Assembly (NCBI GenBank): GCA_951406725.2
Contig: OX597840.1
Span: forward strand, 39,308,001 to 39,372,000
Source: Octopus vulgaris
Lineage: Eukaryota
Reading direction: 5' to 3'
DNA: 64,000 bases
The notes under the pieces are model-generated. The model was given only the letters and a program-made list of their open reading frames with translations, was not told the origin of the DNA and searched no databases. Positions 56,096 to 64,000 of this stretch are shown here, in pieces (position 1 is the stretch's first letter; every line of letters begins with the position of its first letter). The position numbers and the translations under genes are program-made.

Positions 56096-56189
56096 TAAGG
56101 AAAGATACCAAATGTACAATGTGTAACAATGTATAACAATACCAATAACAACAAAAATCATGGAGCGTTGCGCAATCCGTACCGATAGA

Positions 56190-56830
56190 TGAACAACAAC
56201 AATAGACAATATAGCCAGGCTTGTTCATTGTTCACTTTGCAACAAGTATGGACTTGATAGAGCAGAAAATTGGTACGACCACAAATCTGAAGGCATCGTC
56301 GAAAATGGAAATGCAAAGTTCCTCTGGGATTTTATGATTCATTGCGACCATCAGATAGAGAATAAGAAGCCGGACGTAGTCATACTTGAGAAAGAAAACA
56401 AACTATGCTGGATCATAGATATAGCATGCCCAGGTGACAACAAGGTATGCGATAAGGAAGAAAGAAAAGTCGAGAGATATGACAGGTTAGGTTGGGAAGT
56501 TAAGCAGTTGTGGTCGATGAAAAAGGTAGCAATAGTATCAATAATTGTCAGAGCCCTGGGAAAAGTGAGCAAAAATCTCGAGATGTACATGGAAAAGTGC
56601 AAAAGTGATACCAGTGGTGATCGGAGCGTTGGGCTCAATCCCACTGAAACTTAAAGATTTCTTAAGGTAACTGGAAATCCCATGCAAGATTCGTGTCTTG
56701 CAAAAAGCAGCCTTATTGGGTACAGCGCATATCTTAAGGAAAGTATTAATCTGTGTGAGGTCCTTGTTGTGACTTGACAGATTGCTAAAGACTCCAGTGT
56801 ATTTTTACCTACACTGTGTTATGAAGGAAT
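56190..56830 (+). mobile_element. R4/Dong-clade LINE 3' end with restriction-like endonuclease domain
   Basis: DNIARLVH..WYDHKSEGIVENGNAKFLWDFMIHCDHQIENKKPDVVIL..IIDIACPGD..KEERKVERY..LQKAALLGTAHILRKVL; flanked by degenerate (AAC/AAT/GAC)n. Confidence 0.9.
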
Positions 56831-57455
56831 AATGACAACGACGACGACGATAATTTTGATGATGGTGATGGTGGCTCTTGTCCTATGTTTAAATAAACAA
56901 TGAAATTGTTACGGGTGGGACGATTTGATCAGTGACTCTGCTGTTATATCAACGGTTGCCTTAAGCATAATCTTCAACAACAACAACAGCAATAACCATG
57001 GCCACCACTTCATAATCTCGTCAAAGTATCTGTCAACGAAGCCAAACTCTTCGATCACTATCTCGTTCCTATATTGCTTCATTCATTGCCAGTAAAATAT
57101 TTTCTTTTTCTCTCTAATTCTTCATTTATTGGTATTTCATTGACAGATACCCAAAATTATATAATTTATTTTCAAGATTACTGCGAATGATATTATTCCA
57201 CTCAATCCATAATCGATATTTCATAGGCAAAGGTATTAGTTTTGGATATTGATGTCATATTGAAAGAAACGACGTTCAAACGTTCTGTTTCTTTTTTTTT
57301 TCTCTATCTTTGTCTTTTTATGTATTGTTTTCGATATTTAACTAACTTATTTTGACAACGAATTTACTGATATTTAATACAATATTATGACATTTCGTGT
57401 ATTTATCTATCTATCTGTGTGCGAACGTGTGTGTATATGCGTCTATGTGTGTGTT

Positions 57456-57494
<39 letters not shown>

Positions 57495-57544
57495 TAGACT
57501 GAGATCATTTTCATAAACAAAATGTCGAGTGAAGACGGGGGAAA

Positions 57545-58025
57545 AAAGAAGTTAACCTGCAAGCCATAGTTGAGGTTCGAACTTGGTACCTCTTCAATTC
57601 CGGCTGCACGATCTAAACCTTTCAGTTAAACGACACCCGACGGGGGATAAATAATAGGGTATTTTACCCTAGCTTCTAAGCTGATTTCATAGCTTTTCTC
57701 TTGCGTTCACCACTTCATTAATTTCTAAAATAAAAAAATATCACGTCATCCTTGATAAACGCTTCCATATTTGTTTATAAAATAATGTTCTCACATTCCA
57801 GAATCTGTATTTAGCGCCTTAAAAGAGATCTGTCGTTAGAGATCGCCTAGTTCAAAGGTAAAGAGCGCTCACCCGGATTTTGAGGTGGGCAGAGTTCTGC
57901 TCCCAGTAGCGACTTGCTGGCTAATTTTTACCGTCTTATACTTAGGTATTTTTACGCGACCTTCAAAGCAGTTTCCATAGTTGTCTTCTTGCATTCGAGA
58001 TTCTTTTAATTTACAAAATAAAAAG
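57545..58025. other. two decayed tRNA-like units in opposite orientation, each followed on the plus strand by a shared ~75-bp block
   Basis: Minus ~57545-57640 (B-box aagttcgaacc, ending in a T run) and plus ~57841-57930 (gagttctgctcc..gctaattttt); blocks ~57658-57738 and ~57945-58024 are diverged direct repeats. Confidence 0.45.
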
Positions 58026-58357
58026 CCCATTCGTAACCTCCATTTGGAAAGAAAGGCAACAACAAATCCTTATTGATAAAATCTATGAATTAGTTAAGAA
58101 CCCAATTGGTGGGTATGTTTGTTTGGTTGTGTGAGCCTGCATGTTCGTGCGTGGGGCTATATTTCTATTTACCAACGTTAAAATAGTTTTCGAATTGTGA
58201 TCTCGTTGTATGACAAAGATCGATAAAATTCCTAAGAGTCAGAATCAAGCAAAGCACATGACATGGTACATTATAACCCTTCAAGGAATTACTTCAGCAC
58301 AGAGTAATGAAAGAAACAAATAAACAAACGAATACGTTTTTGCAAACCATTCATATC

Positions 58358-58395
<38 letters not shown>

Positions 58396-58400
<5 letters not shown>

Positions 58401-58588
58401 GTTATCGCCATATTAGCTGTCTGACTGGCAGTGTGAAGCGGCTGACCTCCCTTGTTCGAAGGTTATAATGGACACAGTTTGTGTGTCAAATAGCTAGCTT
58501 AAGGCGAGCGATGGCCCCATGGAGCTAATCAGCGACAGCTTAGTCTTATATCTATAAGACTGTCATATTAATATGGCGATAACAATTA
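58396..58588. mobile_element. MITE-like segment with perfect 20-bp terminal inverted repeats, in a (TA)n tract
   Basis: taattgttatcgccatatta (58396-58415) and taatatggcgataacaatta (58569-58588). Confidence 0.65.
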
Positions 58589-58646
58589 ATTTCCAGTAAC
58601 GCTGCCGTAATCTCTTTTAGAGAGACTTAGTAATTTTAATATTTCC

Positions 58647-58694
<48 letters not shown>

Positions 58695-58696
<2 letters not shown>

Positions 58697-59076
58697 CGTA
58701 GGAGTGGCTGAGTGGTAAGTAACTTGCTTAGGAACCACATGGTTCCGGGTTCAGTTTCACTGCGTGGTACCTTGGGCAAGTGTCTTCTACTATAGCCTCA
58801 GGCCGACCAAAGACTTGTGAGTGGATTTGGTAAACGGAAACTGAAAGAAGCCCGTCGTGTATATGTATGTATATATGTATATGCGTGTATATGTTTGTGT
58901 GTCTGTGCTTGTGCCCCCAACATCGCTTGATAACCGATGGTGGTGTGTTTACGTGCCTGTAAAAAGAATAAGTCCGGGGGTCTTACAAAGAATAAGTCCT
59001 GGGGTCGATTTGCTCGACTAAAGGCGGTGCTCCAGCATGACCACAATCGCATGACTGAAAAAGGGAAAGAGTAAAA
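58695..59076 (+). mobile_element. SINE family A with an internal deletion and duplication
   Basis: Full head and tail; aaagaataagtcc.ggggtc duplicated where the cggttcggcaaaagagaccg segment is missing. Confidence 0.9.
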
Positions 59077-59110
59077 CGGTATATATTTATGTGTCTGTAT
59101 GCATGCGCGC

Positions 59111-59146
<36 letters not shown>

Positions 59147-60010
59147 GTGTGTGTGTGCGTGTGTGTGTGCGTGTGCGTGGTTGTTTTAGTGTGTTTCGTT
59201 GTGCGTAGACTTCAGCAAGAAATAATTCTGTCGTTTACACGAATTTCGTAATTACCTTTGGAAGGTATTTTACGTAGATGAAACCTATGAGGCCAATGAC
59301 CTATGGATTTCTTTTTGTTTTTTGATATAACAATAAATTTCAGTCGGTTTCTGAGCATTGAAAACTACAAATTTCGTAACATAGCATTTAAGATACGCTT
59401 ACAGCAGAAATTTTGCTTGGGTTATCGTGTGTTTTACACGTATTTCTGTCCTCTGGTCTACATTGGGCAGTGTTGTTAACGATTGGGTATAGAAATTCCT
59501 TACATACCTAACCTTGAAGTACTTTCAGGTGAGTTCGCTATTTCCAGTATTAAATTAACACTTCCAGTCTCAGAGTATTTTTCTCGCTTCTTGGGTGTGG
59601 CCTAGCGGCTATGATGTTGCACTCACTATCTACGGGTCGTGGGTTCGATACCAGGAATCGACTGGTTGGCATTTTTAAAGTTGGTACTTTTGTATCAATG
59701 TCTAATATTTGTATTGGATTAGTGTTCCATCGTGTGTAGGCTAATTTGATACTATCTCTGTTTATTAACTTCCTCATAAATGCACAAGGTTTACAACCGT
59801 ATATTATTGGAGTATAGAATTGGAGTACAGAAGGCACCGTTGTTTCATTGAATCAGCATATTCTTCTACTCGCACACATGACCAGCATGGAACGAACGCA
59901 CAACAAGAAGTGTAAGCAGAATAGATCGGTGGCAGATTATGAGTCTTCTTTGACGTCCACAAGAAAGCATCTGAGTTTTCACGCCTGATTTTTTTCCATT
60001 TTGCAACATA

Positions 60011-60181
60011 GACGTAGGAGTGGCTGTGTGGTAAGTACCTTGCTTACCAACCACATGGTCCCGGGTTCAGTCTCACTGCGTGGCACCTTCGGCAAGTGTC
60101 TTCTAGTATAGCCTCGGGCCGACCAAAGCCTTGTGAGGGGATTTGGTAGACGGAAACTGAAAGAAGCCCGTCGTATATATG

Positions 60182-60239
<58 letters not shown>

Positions 60240-60445
60240 TGTGTCTGTGTTTGTCCTCCCAACATCGCTTGACAACTGATGCTGGTGTGTTTACGTCCCT
60301 GTAACCTAACGGTTCGGCAAAAGAGACCGATAGAATAAGTACCAGGCTTCCAAAGAATAAGTCCTGGGGCCGATTGCTCGACTAAAGGCGGTGCTCCAGC
60401 ATGGCCACAGTCAAATGACTGAAACAAGTAAAAAGAGAGTAAAAA
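60011..60445 (+). mobile_element. full-length SINE family A
   Basis: Complete head, CORE-like body, internal (TA)(TG) tract, tail ..gactgaaacaagtaaaa. Confidence 0.93.
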
Positions 60446-61490
60446 AAGAATATAATATTATTGGCTGCCTAAATCAGAAGAATACCATTCTTATCCGTTC
60501 TAAAACGACTATGCTTAAATTTTATACTGTAAACGTAGCTTAGTTGTAATGTCAGGAAATATCTCACTGAAGTATTGTTATATACTGTGTTTGTGTTTCC
60601 ACCATCCGTTACATTATAAAGCTAATTAAAGCCTACAGGGTAATCACCCAAATCTTACCTCCTGCCGAACTAAACTGATTCCTCCGAAAGGAATAGAGCT
60701 CGTTCAAATTACGTTTGGAAATCGAAGGACTAAAGAGAAACCATCAGCATTCCGTGGAGTTTGTAGGATATAGAATATGGAACTTAGAATGATAACACCA
60801 GAATATATATATATATATATATATAAATAGTGTCGACAGTGGTGAATTATAAATCTACATACAAGCATAGACGGACACACACACATACACAGAGGAATAC
60901 ACACAAATACATACGCGTAAAATTTTACACACATTCATACACGTACGCAAACATGAAAATATACGCAAATACACACGAAGTGATAATATAAAATGTGTTT
61001 TATTACACTCATTGTCTCCCTGCGACTAGATATAATGCCAATAGGCCTAGACAGATTCTGAAATACTTGTTCAAGTTTACAATTAACTTAGTTAACTATG
61101 AAAAAAATTAATATTTTCATTTACCTAAACATTCTATTGATATATTATCTGACTTCGTTTGTATTTTGTATTACTTTTTTTTTTTATTTTTTTTATTTTT
61201 GGTGTTACGAAATTTTAGAGTCGTAAAATATTTTTTTTTTTCCTTTAAGAATATCAGCAACGTACAGAAGAGAATAAAACGAAGTTTACAACCATTTTTT
61301 TTTCGTCACCTATTCATTTTAGTCACACACACACCGCGCGCGCGCGCGCACACACACACACACGCGCACACACACACACAAATACACACACACACATATA
61401 CGTATGTATATGTGTATAGACATATAATATATATATAATATATAATATATATATATATAATATATATATATATATAATATATATATAATA

Positions 61491-61608
<118 letters not shown>

Positions 61609-61655
61609 GTATATGTATGTATATATATATATAGATACATATATATATATATTTA

Positions 61656-61699
<44 letters not shown>

Positions 61700-62074
61700 T
61701 ATATACACAGGTAGTATATGTGTATATACATATGCATACACATCTATAAAAAAGTCTATATACATATATATATAAAGTATACGTTTATATATAAATATAT
61801 ATATATATATACACATGTATATATATATTTAAATGTATACGAGTACAAGTATGAACACGGGCATATGTATGTGTGCGCATGCGTATGCGTATGTGTATTT
61901 GTGTGTAAGTTCGCTACGACTTCGAGATTGTTTTATTTACGCTTTACAGGTGTTTTTTTCTTTTACTATTTTTTAAAAATTTCTTTTTAGGTTTTTAATT
62001 TTACATATATCATTATTTCACGAAGACAATATGATACTATCTTGCCTGCGTGCCTGCAAGTAATGGGGTATGCT

Positions 62075-62169
<95 letters not shown>

Positions 62170-62340
62170 AATATATGTATATATATATATATATATCCAT
62201 AAGTACATGTGTTTTTATATACATCAGTTATATATAGATGTATAGTTACGCACATATAACACGTATGCTGTCTTGTTAACGTATTTATAGCTATGTATGT
62301 ATATGCATATGTGCGTATATATGTAGAGGATTTATACTTA

Positions 62341-62435
<95 letters not shown>

Positions 62436-62476
62436 ATATATATTTATATATATGTATGTATATATGTATATATATG

Positions 62477-62512
<36 letters not shown>

Positions 62513-62614
62513 CATACATGCATACATATATGTGTATATATATGTACATACATATATATATATGTGTGTGTGTGCGTTTATGTATTTATATATATAAATA
62601 TATTTGTACGTAAG

Positions 62615-62649
<35 letters not shown>

Positions 62650-63059
62650 TGTATCTGTTTCTATTTTTATTACTGTTCTAGTTTTTTTTTATATGTGCTA
62701 CTTTTTAGAATTTATTGTTTTATATTTACATAAATTTTTGAAAACTTGTTGTTTTCGTAGCGTTCTTACCTTATTCAACATTTACGTTGTGCTATCAATC
62801 TACAAAAAATACGGAGGGAAAAAACACGTTCTGTAATCTGTTAAGCACTGTCATCGTACTACGAATTATTATCTGGTAAATTTCAATATAAAGCAAAAAA
62901 AACACCTGAGTTGATGTTTTAAACTATACGACTGTGTCAAATTTTAAGAAATATTAAAAATGTATCTCATTTCCCGGCCTATATTTGCGGTTTTGAGGAC
63001 GAAAATCTACAGCGAATTACATTTTGTTCAGTTTGTGCAACTAAACGATATTTGATTCT

Positions 63060-63830
63060 TTATTGCTCACAGAGGGCTACACTTAGAGGGTACAAACAAG
63101 GAGAGGCGAAGAATTTAAGCTGATTACCTCAATGCATAACTGGTACTTATTTTATTGACTCCAGAATGATGAAAGGTAAAGTTGGACTCGTTTGAATTCA
63201 GAAAGCAGTGCCAGACGAAATAATGCTAAGTATTTCACCCGGGGTGCTAACGATTCTGCCAGCACGCACGTTTGTCAGAATATTAATAATTATTTCCACT
63301 CTTGGCACAAATCATTGAAAATTTTGGGGGAAGGAGACTAGTCGATTATATCGATCCCCAGTGCGTAACTGGTACTTATTTTATCGACACAAAAGGATGA
63401 AAAGCAAAGTCGACCTCAGTGGAGTTTGAACGTAACGGCAGACGAAATACCTATTTCTTTACTACACAAGGAGCTAAACATAGAGAGGATAAAAATTGAC
63501 ACACAAACAGATTAAGTCGATTATATCGAGCCCAGTGCGTAACTAGTACTTATTTAATCGACCCCGAAAGGATGAAAGGCGAAGTCAACCACGACGGAGT
63601 TTGAACTCATAAGGTAATAGCAGACGAATTACCGCTAAGCGTTTCACCCGGTGTGCTAACGATTCCGCCAGCTCACCACCCTACACCTAGACGATATTTA
63701 AACTGCAAAAGGCGACGAAATGGAAGAATGGTTAGCATGCAGTGCAAAATGCTTCGCAGCATTTTGTCCGTGATCTGGGTACGAATTCCTCCGAGATCGA
63801 CTTTACCACATTCTTTAAAGATTGGTAAAA
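63060..63830. mobile_element. cluster of SINE family B copies (three minus, one plus)
   Basis: Minus copies ~63060-63265 and dimer ~63290-63680; plus head from ~63710. Confidence 0.85.
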
Positions 63831-64000
63831 TATGCGCCAGTTAACCGCAAGTAGTAGTGAAAATTCGTGGCTTGTCTACGTACTAAACATGTATTTTCAC
63901 AAGGATTCATCTGAGTTGGGCATGTCAGGGTTGTGTTTGATCGTTTAGCAGGATTTTATATTGATACTAAACGCACGTACACACATATATATGGGTATAT

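Noticed and set aside
57500-57520. bantam-like miRNA seed tgagatcatt
   Set aside because: Only ~10 nt match and no precursor hairpin

Overview
AT-rich, microsatellite-saturated eukaryotic DNA. I could not support any host protein-coding exon, so it reads as intergenic sequence or a very large intron. The SINE repertoire and extreme (TA)n/(CA)n/(TATG)n/(AGAT)n density suggest an octopus (coleoid cephalopod) genome; this is inference, not a database result. Most ORFs in the supplied track (YI, CV, HT, YLSI, MYVC repeats) are translations of microsatellites. Supported content: many tRNA-derived SINEs of at least three modular types, some nested with clear target-site duplications (TSDs); LINE remnants (R4/Dong, RTE, CR1/L2, L1/Tx1, one very old APE domain); a Penelope-like GIY-YIG remnant with an inverted terminal copy; two non-autonomous Helitron-like elements; a 5S rRNA pseudogene; two local tandem triplications; and several palindromes. 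The most notable signal is a set of roughly 8 dispersed minimal hammerhead-ribozyme-like motifs, several carried by a related family of ~200-bp elements sitting in (TA)n tracts. Also notable is an apparent GTAYT target preference and self-insertion of one SINE family. Coordinates were read by eye and boundaries of degenerate elements are approximate.
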